Shown here: one piece after another, positions 51,475-61,593 of the stretch
Layout: every line of letters begins with the position of its first letter
Position numbering within the stretch: the stretch's first letter is position 1
Assembly (NCBI GenBank): GCA_965243135.1
Contig: OZ251539.1
Coordinates: 5,600,001-5,664,000 of the forward strand
Length of the DNA: 64,000 bases
Direction: 5' to 3'
Source: Alphaproteobacteria bacterium
GTDB taxonomy: Bacteria; Pseudomonadota; Alphaproteobacteria; MPNO01; UBA830
Notes under the pieces: model-generated
Told to the model about the DNA's origin: nothing
Databases searched by the model: none
Seen by the model: the letters and a program-made list of their open reading frames with translations, nothing else
Translations under genes and position numbers: made by a program

Positions 51475-53088
51475 GTGCGGATCAGGGTCATTTTGGCGGC
51501 GCTCGGACTGGCCGCCGCCTTCATGCCGGCGGATGCCAGGGAACTTCGTTTCGGTTATCAGGGCGACGCCGACTCGATGGATCCCTACACGCTGAACGAG
51601 ACGTTCACGCTGGGTTTTCTCGGCAACGTATACGAAGGACTGGTGCGCCGGGCGCCCGATCTCTCGATCGAGCCGGCGCTCGCCGAAAGGTGGGAGATCG
51701 TCGAGCCGAACAGATGGCGGTTCCATCTGCGCCGGGGCGTAAGGTTCCATGGCGGCGAAGCGTTCACGGCCGACGACGTGTTGTTTTCCGCCGCGCGCGT
51801 GCGGGCGCAAGGCTCGGACCTGCGGACCCGGCTTGCCGGCGTCGTCGACGTCGTCGCGGTGGACGATTACACGGTGGATTTCGTCACCGAGAAACCCAAT
51901 CCGATCCTGCACGTCGAATGGGATTCCTGGTACGTCATGTCCAGGGCGTGGTCGGAAAAGCATGGCGCCGAAACGCCCGAGGCGGTTACGGGCGATCAGG
52001 AAAAGCACACGACGCGCCACGCGAACGGCACGGGTCCGTTCCGGCTTGTCGAGCGCGAAGCCGGGGTCAGAACGGTCGCCGAACCCAACCCCGCTTGGTG
52101 GGACGCCCCGACCCACAATCTCTCGCGGGTGACGTTCACGCCGATCGCCTCGGACGCCACCCGGGTGGCGGCGCTGCTGTCCGGACAGGTCGACATGGCT
52201 TATCCGATCCCCGTGCAGGACACGAAGCGCGTCGACGACGGCGCCGGCACCCGGGTGTTGGCGGGGCCCGAGCTTCGCACCATCTTTCTCGGCATGGACC
52301 AGTTCCGCGGCGAACTGCTCTATTCCGACGTGAAAGGCAGGAATCCGTTCAAGGACCGGCGGGTGCGGGAGGCCTTCTATCGCGCCATCGACGTGGACGC
52401 GATCCGCAAAAAGGTCATGCGCGGGCTTTCGAGGCCGTCGGCCATGATGATCGGCCCCGGGATCAACGGCTTCGACGACGGCTTCCGGCGCCTCGCCTAC
52501 GATCCCGAAAAGGCCCGCGGGTTGCTGGCGGACGCCGGCTACGGCGAGGGTTTCGAAGTCGGCCTGGATTGCCCGAACGATCGATACGTCAACGACGAGG
52601 CGATCTGCCAAGCCATCGTGTCGATGCTCGCCAGAGTCGGCGTGACGGTCAAGCTCAACGCTCAGCCCAAGGCGAAGTATTTCGCGAAGATTCTGGCGCC
52701 GCGGCTGGACACCAGCTTCTATCTGCTGGGTTGGACGCCCGGCAGCTTCGATTCGTGGAATCCGCTGTTCAATCTCCTCGGGTGCCCACGCGCGTCCGAC
52801 GGCGGGCCGATCTGGCCCCAGGGCGCGCGAGACGGAGTCGCGAACGGCAAGTTCAACCTGGGCGGCTACTGCAACCCCGGAGTCGACAGGCTGACCTCCC
52901 GAATCCTGTCCGAGACCGACAGGTCGGAGCGGGAGGCGCTCGTCCGAAAGGCGTGGTCGACGACGATCGAAGAGCTCGCCTATATCCCGCTGCACCAGCA
53001 AGCGCTCGCGTGGGGCGTCCGCAGCAACGTCAAGCTGGCCCAACGGGCGGACAACCAGTTCGCATGGCGTCACGTGGTCATGGAATAA
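51475..53088 (+). CDS. Peptide/nickel ABC substrate-binding protein (family 5)
   Basis: Signal peptide, VYEGL, PALAE.W, LR.GV.FH.G, NGTGPF. Confidence 0.93.
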   Translation: MRIRVILAALGLAAAFMPADARELRFGYQGDADSMDPYTLNETFTLGFLGNVYEGLVRRAPDLSIEPALAERWEIVEPNRWRFHLRRGVRFHGGEAFTADDVLFSAARVRAQGSDLRTRLAGVVDVVAVDDYTVDFVTEKPNPILHVEWDSWYVMSRAWSEKHGAETPEAVTGDQEKHTTRHANGTGPFRLVEREAGVRTVAEPNPAWWDAPTHNLSRVTFTPIASDATRVAALLSGQVDMAYPIPVQDTKRVDDGAGTRVLAGPELRTIFLGMDQFRGELLYSDVKGRNPFKDRRVREAFYRAIDVDAIRKKVMRGLSRPSAMMIGPGINGFDDGFRRLAYDPEKARGLLADAGYGEGFEVGLDCPNDRYVNDEAICQAIVSMLARVGVTVKLNAQPKAKYFAKILAPRLDTSFYLLGWTPGSFDSWNPLFNLLGCPRASDGGPIWPQGARDGVANGKFNLGGYCNPGVDRLTSRILSETDRSEREALVRKAWSTTIEELAYIPLHQQALAWGVRSNVKLAQRADNQFAWRHVVME

Positions 53089-53109
53089 CGCGCCGCCGCG
53101 GCGCGTTTT
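53087..53109 (+). terminator. Hairpin after the SBP gene (weak terminator or mRNA stabiliser)
   Basis: AACGCGCCG-ccg-CGGCGCGTT followed by TT. Confidence 0.5.
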
Positions 53110-53149
53110 CCCTTCCTTTCGAATTCCCGTCGTCGGAGAACGGGCTCCC

Positions 53150-54121
53150 GTGATCGCGCTTGTAGCGCGCCGGCTGCTGCAGTCGATCGTCGTCATGCTG
53201 GCGGTCGCGCTGATCGGTTTCACGCTGTTTCGGTACGTGGGCGATCCCGTCGCCCAGATGGTCGGGCAGGAAACGTCCCTTCAGGAGCGGGCGGAACTTC
53301 GAGACAGGCTCGGACTCGACGATCCGGTCCCGATCCAGTTCGCGCGCTACGTCGGCGACATCGCGCAGGGCCGGTTCGGAATCTCCTACGCGATCGATCG
53401 TCCGGTCGCCGCGCTGATCGCCGAACGCCTGCCGGCGACTCTCGAACTCAGCATGGTCGCCGCGCTTTACGCGCTGCTCGTCGGCATACCGATGGGAGTG
53501 TACGCGGCCCTTTACCCGAACCGCATGCTCACCAGGGCGTTTCTGGCGATTTCGCTGATCGGGGTTTCCCTGCCCACCTTCTTCATCGGGATTCTGCTCA
53601 TCCTCGTATTCGGGGTGTGGCTCGGCATCCTTCCGACCTTCGGTCGCGGCGAAGTCGTCGCCGTCGGCTGGTGGAGCACCGGTCTTCTGACGGGAAGCGG
53701 CTGGGCGTCGATTCTGATGCCGGCCTTCACTCTCGGCATGTTCCAACTGACGCTGATCATGCGTCTCGTGCGCTCGGAGATGCTGGACGTGCTTCGCACC
53801 GACTACATCAGATTCGCGCGGGCGCGCGGCCTGGCCGACCGCGCAGTCCATTTCGGCCACGCGTTGAAGAACACGCTCGTGCCCGTCATCACCATTGCCG
53901 GCTTGCAGCTCGGTTCGATCATCGCCTTCGCGATCATCACCGAAACGGTGTTTCAGTGGCCGGGCATGGGACTGTTGTTCCTGCAGGCGATCCAGTTCGC
54001 CGATGTTCCGGTGATGGCGAGTTATCTGGTGTTGATCGCGCTTTTCTTCGTGATCATCAATCTCGCGGTCGACGTCCTGTATTATCTGGTCGATCCCAGA
54101 CTTCGAGTCGGGCGGCGGTAG
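53150..54121 (+). CDS. Peptide ABC permease (DppB-like)
   Basis: GDP, LPATLEL, DYIRFARARGL, ETVFQWPG, DPR. Confidence 0.94.
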   Translation: MIALVARRLLQSIVVMLAVALIGFTLFRYVGDPVAQMVGQETSLQERAELRDRLGLDDPVPIQFARYVGDIAQGRFGISYAIDRPVAALIAERLPATLELSMVAALYALLVGIPMGVYAALYPNRMLTRAFLAISLIGVSLPTFFIGILLILVFGVWLGILPTFGRGEVVAVGWWSTGLLTGSGWASILMPAFTLGMFQLTLIMRLVRSEMLDVLRTDYIRFARARGLADRAVHFGHALKNTLVPVITIAGLQLGSIIAFAIITETVFQWPGMGLLFLQAIQFADVPVMASYLVLIALFFVIINLAVDVLYYLVDPRLRVGRR

Positions 54122-54124
54122 ACA

Positions 54125-55030
54125 TTGGCCTCGACCCGCACCGGACTTCGCGGCCGCTCGCCGACGACCGTCGCCGCCGGGGCGACGGTGGGGATCGTCC
54201 TCGTCGCCGCGGCGCTCGCGCCCTGGATCACGCCGCAGGATCCGTTCGACCCGGCCGAGCTGGATCTGCTGACCGCCTTCACGCCGCCGGTCTGGGTGGA
54301 AGGAGGCGACTGGCGGTTCGTTCTCGGAACGGACGATCAGGGCCGGGATCTGTATTCGGCGATGCTTTACGGGGCGCGCATCTCGCTGCTGGTCGGTTTC
54401 GCGTCGATCCTGCTCGCCGCGTTCGTCGGCGTGCCGCTCGGCCTGATCGCGGGTTATGCCGGAGGCGTCGTCGACGCGGTCGTCATGCGGGTCGCCGATA
54501 TTCAGGCGAGCTTTCCGGCGATTCTGGTCGCGTTGCTGATCGACGGCGTATTGCGCGGAATTCTGCCGCGCGCGCGGCATGACGATCTTGCCGTTTACGT
54601 CCTGGTCATCGCGATCGGCGCCGCGACGTGGGTGCAGTTCGCCCGCACCGTGCGAGGGTCGGCCATGGTGGAGAAAGAGCAGGAATACGTTCAGGCGGCG
54701 CGGGTGACCGGCCTCGGTCCGTGCGCCATCATGCTGCGCCATGTCCTTCCCAACGTGGCGGGACCGGTGCTGGTCATCGCGACCATCGGCCTTGCGGTCG
54801 CGATCCTGACGGAGTCCACGCTGTCCTTTCTCGGCGTCGGCGTGCCGCCGACCCGGCCCTCGCTGGGAACGCTGATCGACACGGGGCAGGATTTCCTGTT
54901 TTCCGGCGAATGGTGGATCGCGATTTTCCCCGGGACGTTTCTGGCCATCCTGATTCTGGCGGTCAATCTGCTCGGCGACTGGCTGCGCGACGCGCTCAAT
55001 CCGAAGCTGCGCGGAAGCGTCGGGCAGTGA
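54125..55030 (+). CDS. Peptide ABC permease (DppC-like)
   Basis: LGTDDQGRD, EYVQAA, RHVLPN, LGDWLRDALNP. Confidence 0.93.
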   Translation: MASTRTGLRGRSPTTVAAGATVGIVLVAAALAPWITPQDPFDPAELDLLTAFTPPVWVEGGDWRFVLGTDDQGRDLYSAMLYGARISLLVGFASILLAAFVGVPLGLIAGYAGGVVDAVVMRVADIQASFPAILVALLIDGVLRGILPRARHDDLAVYVLVIAIGAATWVQFARTVRGSAMVEKEQEYVQAARVTGLGPCAIMLRHVLPNVAGPVLVIATIGLAVAILTESTLSFLGVGVPPTRPSLGTLIDTGQDFLFSGEWWIAIFPGTFLAILILAVNLLGDWLRDALNPKLRGSVGQ

Positions 55031-56013
55031 CCCCGGCGCTGCTTGAAGTCGAGGCCCTTCGCGTCGAGTTTCCGGCGAGCGGCGGCGCCCTCGTCGCCGT
55101 CGACGGCGTGAGTTTCGCGATCGGGCGGGGCGAGGTGCTGGGCATGGTCGGCGAGTCGGGAGCGGGCAAGTCGATGGTCGGCAACGCGGTCATCGGTCTC
55201 ATCGATCCGCCGGGAAGAATCGCCGGCGGCGCGGTCAGGCTGGCGGGGCGGCGTATCGACGATTTGCCAGGCGACGAGCTCCGCAGGCTCCGGGGGCGCA
55301 GGATCGGCGCCGTGTTCCAGGATCCGGCGACCAGCCTGAATCCCCTCTACACGATCGGCTATCAGTTGACCGAAACCATTCTTGCGCACCTCGACATCGA
55401 TGCCGCCGCAGCCAGGGAACGGGCGCGCGAGCTGCTCGACGAGGTGGGCATGCCGGCAACCGCCGAAAACGGCTATCCGCATCAGTTTTCGGGCGGCATG
55501 CGCCAACGCGTCGTCATTGCGCTCGCGCTCTGCGCAGGGCCGGATCTCGTCATTGCCGACGAACCGACCACGGCTCTCGACGTATCGACGCAAGCGCAGA
55601 TCATTCGTCTGCTGAAGCGCCTGTGCGCGGAACGGGGAACCGGCGTCTTGCTGATCACCCACGATATGGGGGTGATCGCCGAAATCGCCGACCGCGTCGC
55701 CGTGATGTATGCCGGCCGCGTCGTCGAGATCGGTCCGGTTCGCGACGTCATAAGGACGCCCGGGCATCCCTACACGCGCGGGTTGATGGCCGCGATCCCG
55801 GCGGTGGGGCAGGATGTCGACAGCCTGGCGCAGATCGAGGGCAGCATGCCCGGGCTGCACGAAATCCCGACGGGATGCGCGTTCCACCCGCGTTGCCGGG
55901 AGGCCGTCGAAATCTGCGGGCGCGCGCTTCCCGGCCTGACTCCGGCCGGCGCTTCCCGGGTCGCTTGCTGGCTTCGCGAAGGGCCTCCGGCCGGCGGACA
56001 GGGCCGTGCCTGA
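55027..56013 (+). CDS. Peptide ABC ATP-binding protein (DppD-like)
   Basis: GESGAGKS, FSGGMRQR, DEPTTALD, GCAFHPRC. Confidence 0.94.
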   Translation: MTPALLEVEALRVEFPASGGALVAVDGVSFAIGRGEVLGMVGESGAGKSMVGNAVIGLIDPPGRIAGGAVRLAGRRIDDLPGDELRRLRGRRIGAVFQDPATSLNPLYTIGYQLTETILAHLDIDAAAARERARELLDEVGMPATAENGYPHQFSGGMRQRVVIALALCAGPDLVIADEPTTALDVSTQAQIIRLLKRLCAERGTGVLLITHDMGVIAEIADRVAVMYAGRVVEIGPVRDVIRTPGHPYTRGLMAAIPAVGQDVDSLAQIEGSMPGLHEIPTGCAFHPRCREAVEICGRALPGLTPAGASRVACWLREGPPAGGQGRA

Positions 56014-56995
56014 AGCTCCTCTGCTGCAGGTGGAGGACCTGTCGCGGCATTTCGACGCGTCGCCGCCGCTGCTCGACCGGATCGCGGGCGGCGGCCGCCG
56101 GCGAATCCTCAAGGCGGTGGACGGGGTCGGCTTTTCCGTCGGTCGCGGCGAGACCTTCGCGCTGGTGGGCGAGTCCGGGTGCGGCAAGTCCACCGTCGCG
56201 CGCGTGATCGTCGGCCTTCTTCCGCCAACCGGCGGCGCGGTCCGGTTCGACGGCGTTCGGCTGGGACCTTCCCGGCCGGCGGCGGTTCGCCGCCGCATGC
56301 AGATGATCTTTCAGGATCCTTACGCGTCCCTCAATCCGCGCTGGCGGGTCCGGGACATCGTCGCCGAGCCGATTCGCCACAACCGGCTCGCGCGAGGCCG
56401 CCGGGCGGTCGAGGATCGCGCAAGCGAACTGCTGCGCCGGGTGGGCCTGTCCGCGGCCGACGGCGCGAAATATCCGCACGAATTCTCCGGGGGCCAGCGC
56501 CAGCGGATTTCGATCGCGCGGGCGCTCGCCGGCGATCCGGCGTTCGTCGTCTGCGACGAGCCGACGTCCGCTCTGGACGTCTCGGTCCAGGCGCAGATCC
56601 TGAACCTGATGAAGGATCTGCAGCGGACGCTCGGGCTCACCTACCTGTTCATTTCCCACGATCTCGCGGTCGTCTACCACGTATCGACAAGGGTTGCGGT
56701 CATGTACCTGGGCCGCATCTGCGAACTGGCGGAGACCGCGACGCTCTTCGCGCGGCCTCGTCATCCCTACACCCGGCTGCTGCTCGATGCGATACCCGAT
56801 CTCGCGATGAGCGGCCGCGACCGCGCCGTCGTTTCGGGCGAAATCCCGAGCCCCGCGGCGCCGCCGCCGGGCTGCGGGTTCCATCCCCGGTGTCCGCATG
56901 CAGCCGCGCGATGCAGGACGGAACGGCCGAAGCCCATGACCATCGACGGAACGGAGGTCGCCTGTCATGCCGTGGAGGAGGGGCGATTGACGTAG
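56006..56995 (+). CDS. Peptide ABC ATP-binding protein (DppF-like)
   Basis: GESGCGKS, FSGGQRQR, GCGFHPRC, VACH. Confidence 0.94.
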   Translation: MPEAPLLQVEDLSRHFDASPPLLDRIAGGGRRRILKAVDGVGFSVGRGETFALVGESGCGKSTVARVIVGLLPPTGGAVRFDGVRLGPSRPAAVRRRMQMIFQDPYASLNPRWRVRDIVAEPIRHNRLARGRRAVEDRASELLRRVGLSAADGAKYPHEFSGGQRQRISIARALAGDPAFVVCDEPTSALDVSVQAQILNLMKDLQRTLGLTYLFISHDLAVVYHVSTRVAVMYLGRICELAETATLFARPRHPYTRLLLDAIPDLAMSGRDRAVVSGEIPSPAAPPPGCGFHPRCPHAAARCRTERPKPMTIDGTEVACHAVEEGRLT

Positions 56996-57081
56996 CTGAC
57001 GCGTGGACGGCGGAACCGGTCCCGTTCCGGCACCCGTAGAGAGCCTTGCGGATGCGTTAATATCGGCGCTCCGGAGGTGAC

Positions 57082-58626
57082 ATGCGCTTCTTCAACACGG
57101 CAGGACCCGTCGCGCCGGCGGATCATTACTGCATTCCGCCGCTCGCGCGTCTGGATCTGGACGACATTCTGCTTTCGATCCGACAAAAGAAGTACTTCGC
57201 GCTGCACGTTCCCCGGCAGACGGGCAAGACGTCCGTCCTGCTGGCGTTGCAGAGTCTGCTGAACGCGAGGGGCGATTATCGGTGCGTTTACGTCAACGTC
57301 GAAGCCGGACAGATGGATCGGGAAGATACCGCGCGGGCAATGCGGACGATTCTCGCGGAGCTGTCCTCGCGGGCCCGGAGCGCGCTTCGAGACGAGTTCG
57401 TGGAAGAGATCTGGCCCGGAGTTCTCGAGAGGAACGGTTCCAACAACGCGTTCAGGGAAATTCTGACGCGCTGGGCCGAAGCGGATCCGAAGCCCCTGGT
57501 TCTGCTTATCGACGAGATCGATGCGCTGGTCGGCGACGCGCTGCTGTCGGTGCTGCGCCAGTTGCGGTCCGGCTACGACCTGCGACCCGAAGGCTTTCCG
57601 CAGAGCGTCGTTCTCTGCGGCTTGCGCGACGTGCGGGACTACCGGATCCGGTCGACGGTCGACGAAATCGTCGTCGCCGGCGGCAGCGCGTTCAACGTCA
57701 AGGCCGCGTCGCTGCGGTTGGGGGACTTCTCGCGGGACGAGACGCTCGCCTTGCTGGGGCAGCACGCCGCCGAGACCGGGCAGGCGTTCGCGGAGGAGGC
57801 GTCCGATCTGATCTGGGAGCAGACCCGGGGCCAACCCTGGCTGGTGAACGCGCTGGCCTACGAGACCTGCCGCGCCGTCCGGGACCGGGCCATCGCGGCG
57901 GACGACGTCGCGGCGGCGCGGGAAGCGCTGATCCTGCGCCGCGAGACCCACATCCTGGCGGACAGGTTGCGGGAAGAGCGCGTGCGGCGGGTGGTCGAAC
58001 CGCTCCTGAGCGGCGACGAGCGTACCCGCGGCAGCGAGCGCGACGTGGAATACGCGCGGGATCTGGGCTTGCTCGCGAGGGACGCGCCGTTGCGCATCGC
58101 CAACCCGATCTACGCCGAGGTCGTCCCGCGGGAACTGACCTGGATCGTGCAGGAGGAGTTCGATCAGGACATGGCGCTGTACGTCGACGCCGGGGGCCGT
58201 CTCGACGTGGAGAAGCTGATGGCGGCGTTCCAGACGTTCTTTCGCGAGAATTCGGAGCACTGGAGGCAACGCTTCGATTATCAGGAAGCGTGGCCGCAAC
58301 TCCTGTTGCAGGCGTTTCTGCAGCGGATCGTGAACGGCGGCGGGCGCATCGAGCGGGAGTTCGGGCTGGGCCGGCGGCGGGTCGACCTGTTGATTCTCTG
58401 GACGCAGGGCGGCCGCCTGCAAAGGTTCGCAGTCGAGTGCAAGGTGCTGCGCAAGGGGCTTGAATCGACGATATCCGAGGGTCTGGAACAGATTGCGGAT
58501 TACATGGACGGCTGCGCGGCGGAAGCGGGCCACCTGGTGATCTTCGACCGCGACGAGAAGAAGAGCTGGAACGAGAAGATCTTTCGCCGCAGTCCGAAGC
58601 CGAACGTCGAGGTCTGGGGCATGTGA
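57082..58626 (+). CDS. AAA ATPase with C-terminal PD-(D/E)XK nuclease-like domain, paralog 3
   Basis: MRFFNTAGPV, PRQTGKTS, LLIDEID, RVDLL...VECK, EVWGM; GGAGG RBS. Confidence 0.9.
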   Translation: MRFFNTAGPVAPADHYCIPPLARLDLDDILLSIRQKKYFALHVPRQTGKTSVLLALQSLLNARGDYRCVYVNVEAGQMDREDTARAMRTILAELSSRARSALRDEFVEEIWPGVLERNGSNNAFREILTRWAEADPKPLVLLIDEIDALVGDALLSVLRQLRSGYDLRPEGFPQSVVLCGLRDVRDYRIRSTVDEIVVAGGSAFNVKAASLRLGDFSRDETLALLGQHAAETGQAFAEEASDLIWEQTRGQPWLVNALAYETCRAVRDRAIAADDVAAAREALILRRETHILADRLREERVRRVVEPLLSGDERTRGSERDVEYARDLGLLARDAPLRIANPIYAEVVPRELTWIVQEEFDQDMALYVDAGGRLDVEKLMAAFQTFFRENSEHWRQRFDYQEAWPQLLLQAFLQRIVNGGGRIEREFGLGRRRVDLLILWTQGGRLQRFAVECKVLRKGLESTISEGLEQIADYMDGCAAEAGHLVIFDRDEKKSWNEKIFRRSPKPNVEVWGM

Positions 58627-59545
58627 CAGGCAGCCGTCCCGAAACCTCGGCCCGTCCCTCGGCGGCGGCGCTGCACAGCGTTATCCGCCTCGGATTTCTG
58701 GAACGTTCGCTTTGATTTCGAAACTCGTGCGGAACCGTTGCGAGCCTCGGCGCGGACAGGCGCAGTTCGCCGGCGCCCGGCTGACGGTTGCCGGCGACGC
58801 CGGGCGGCCGAGCGGGTTTCGCCATTCCTGCGAGCGGACGGCTCCAAGCAAGGCCGGTCGGAACCGTACGCTCGGAATCGCGCCAGTCGCTCCGAGACGG
58901 CCACCGCGCGGGACGCGTCGTCAGGACCGCTCGGCGGATTGCGGCGGTCGGGCGCGGCGGCGCTGTCGACGCGCCGCCGCTCTTCGACGACCTCGGCCAA
59001 AACCAGGCGTCTCCCCAAATCCGGCTCTTCGGTCGCCTTCGCGATTTCGAATGCCGGTTTTCGACCATCGCAGTCCGCGGCGCGCTCTCTTGGCGGCGGC
59101 TATCCAACCCCAAGAGTCCCCCCTTTTTTTTGCGGCTGACGCATAGAGCCGCCTCGCGCTCCGTTGGCGTCCCCGGTTCCGGCGGGCGTCCTCCGTCGGC
59201 CCGAGGCCGTTGACGCCGCCAGGGCCGTAGGGATCCGGCCCGCCCCAGAAATCGCGTCAGGCTGTTCGTCCAGGGTATCTCCCGCAAGTCGGCAAGTGCG
59301 AGTCGATCGCCCGCGCGATCCAGAGGAGGTGAGCATTTTCGGCTGGAGTGCTATAACAGTTCGGCAGTGGCTCGCGGACAAGGCTGTTTAGCTGGCGTGC
59401 TGATCGAGAAACTCATATAATTATGTTTCTACTTGTTTTCTGGGGTTTTCAGCGATAATTGTAGACGGAGAGGTTGAAGGGACTTCTTGATCACCACACT
59501 AGATTGATCCGTACCCCGTGCATAGTGTTACACGGTAGTCTTGGG

Positions 59546-60665
59546 ATGAAATCAGATGGCGGACAAACCTTCGAACGAATACTCGATTCCTCAGAATATG
59601 CGGGGGGATATCCCGCTGAATACGGAATCCTTCAAGCCGTTCGTATACGAAATTTTCGAGGATTTAATGATCTCGAAATAGAAAATATGAACCGCATAAA
59701 CCTTGTTACGGGCTGCAACAATTCCGGCAAGACAAACTTCTTGGAGGCGCTTTTTCTGTTGACGGGAGCAGGAAACCCGCATCGGGCGCTGGACGCGAAC
59801 GCCGCTCGCGGCATGAATTTGTCCCAAGGAAACTCGAAGGCGATACGCGAGACTTTTTGGAAACCCATGTTTTTTGCGCTCGACACGAGTCGACACGTTG
59901 AAATCGAAGGATCACACTCGTCGTATGGCCGATTGACCTTGCATGTTTCTCTGGAAAAGCAGAACGTTCTTGAATTTCCGCTGGACACTCCTATTTCGGC
60001 AACGAACAGTTTCGACGAACCAAGGCTACTCTTATCATACAAGACAGATTCAGGAATATGTGGCGAAGGGCGCATACAAGTTGGTGCGCAGTCCGTGAAA
60101 ATTTATCAACCGAACGTAACGATACCTTTCCCGACGATTATCCTGTCCTCGCAGGATTCGAATTTGCAAGAAGACGCCAAACGTTTGGGGCGATTAAGAC
60201 AACGTAAGCAGAGTGATTTAGTTTTAGACGCCCTCAAGATCATTGAACCGAAGCTGTTGAGTATCGAGGATAATTCCTCCAGCGGGATGATCTGGGCGGA
60301 TATCGGTCTGCCGGAACTGGTGCCGCTTGCGGCTTTGGGCGACGGCATGACCCGCATAGCCAGATTGGTGCTGGCCTGCCGCTCCCGGCGGGCTCGTCCT
60401 GGTGGACGAGGTCGATGCCTGCTTGCATCATTCCGTGCATAGCGAAGCATGGAAGGCAGTGGATGCGGCAGCCGAACGATTCAACGCGCAAGTCGTCGCC
60501 ACGACGCATAGCCTCGAATGCGCGCAAGCGGCCGGCAATGCTTTGGCGGATGGCGGAGAATTCATGCTTCATCGCCTTGAGACGACAAGTACCGGCAATC
60601 GCTGCGTAACTTACAATGACGAGGATATAAAGGCGGCAATTCGCCATGACTTCGAGGTACGTTGA
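59546..60665 (+). pseudogene. AAA_15/AAA_21 (AbiEii-like) ABC ATPase, frameshifted
   Basis: IRNFRGF, GCNNSGKT, LGDG signature; Walker B (APGGLVLVDEVDACLH) is shifted to another frame near 60380; ends FEVR. Start uncertain. Confidence 0.82.
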
Positions 60666-61272
60666 GCACGGGAAGGCAAGCGAAAACCGAACGGCCCGTC
60701 CGGTTCACGGTCGAAGGCAATGATCAGAAGAATATTTTCGAACGTTTGTTTGTCGTCTTGTTCAGTTTCAGGGCGTACAAATACGAAATTTTGGCGGCAT
60801 CGGTGAATTGGGAAGATTTCTGTGGGCATTCGTTCAGGCACCATAATTTGACACGCCTCCAGTATCGGCGTGGTCCGATACGCGAAGAATTCCGCTGCGG
60901 ATGAGGTTCGAAGCGTTCAATCATCGGCTTCGAATCTCAAGTTTACATGTTCTTGAAAATGAGATGCAGAGACCCGCGGCAACTCCAGAAGCGACAGTTC
61001 TTCCGGGCGATAACCAGAGCCGCATTCTGGAAACTCTTGCATGCAAAGATTTCGAGGAATCTCCTGTCAATGATTGCATCGACGAGTTCATCGCTTGCGC
61101 TCGCAGGATTCCGGATACGGAAATAGAGCGGCTCGATAAGGCGCGCGCGCATGCCTATCTGGCGACGCGACCGCGTCCTCACGTCTCCGTCGGCGTCGCG
61201 GCCCAAAAAGGCTATTGGCCGTTCGGCCATGAGGCATTTGCCGATGTGCGGGCGTTCTTGAGAACTCTGTGA
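60662..61272 (+). pseudogene. DUF3226 (TOPRIM-like) partner of the ATPase, decayed
   Basis: VEGNDQ, NFGGIGEL, SIGVVR, LETL, KARAHAYLA, AAQKGYWPF; frameshifts plus an internal TAA. Confidence 0.75.
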
Positions 61273-61593
61273 GAGCCGGCGAAGAGCGGTACGCGATCGC
61301 TCGACGAATGCTTCAACGTTCGGGCCGCAGAGAGTTTCAAGGATCGCCCACGGTCCAGGGTTTTGGCTTCGGTCATCTTCCCGGCTTTCGTGGTGCGGGG
61401 CCGCGAGCTATCGGCGCTTGGTCGTGTTCAAGCAGAGTGGTCACCGAGCGCCGAACCTCTTCCTCGGTGTCGCCCGGACGGGTCCGTCGACCGCACAGGC
61501 GATCGTTGCCGTAGCTGCGCAGCGTGCTACTTGCCGCCTGCCTTGAAACCGGCTTCCGAAAGCATATTATGCTGGAGGAGAAAGTGGGGACGC

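Noticed and set aside
58630-59470. ncRNA or riboswitch in long intergenic regions (also 19340-19740, 27070-27440, 43020-43520)
   Set aside because: Only scattered GC hairpins and a C/T homopolymer were seen, with no recognisable conserved RNA motif; an Rfam search would be needed.
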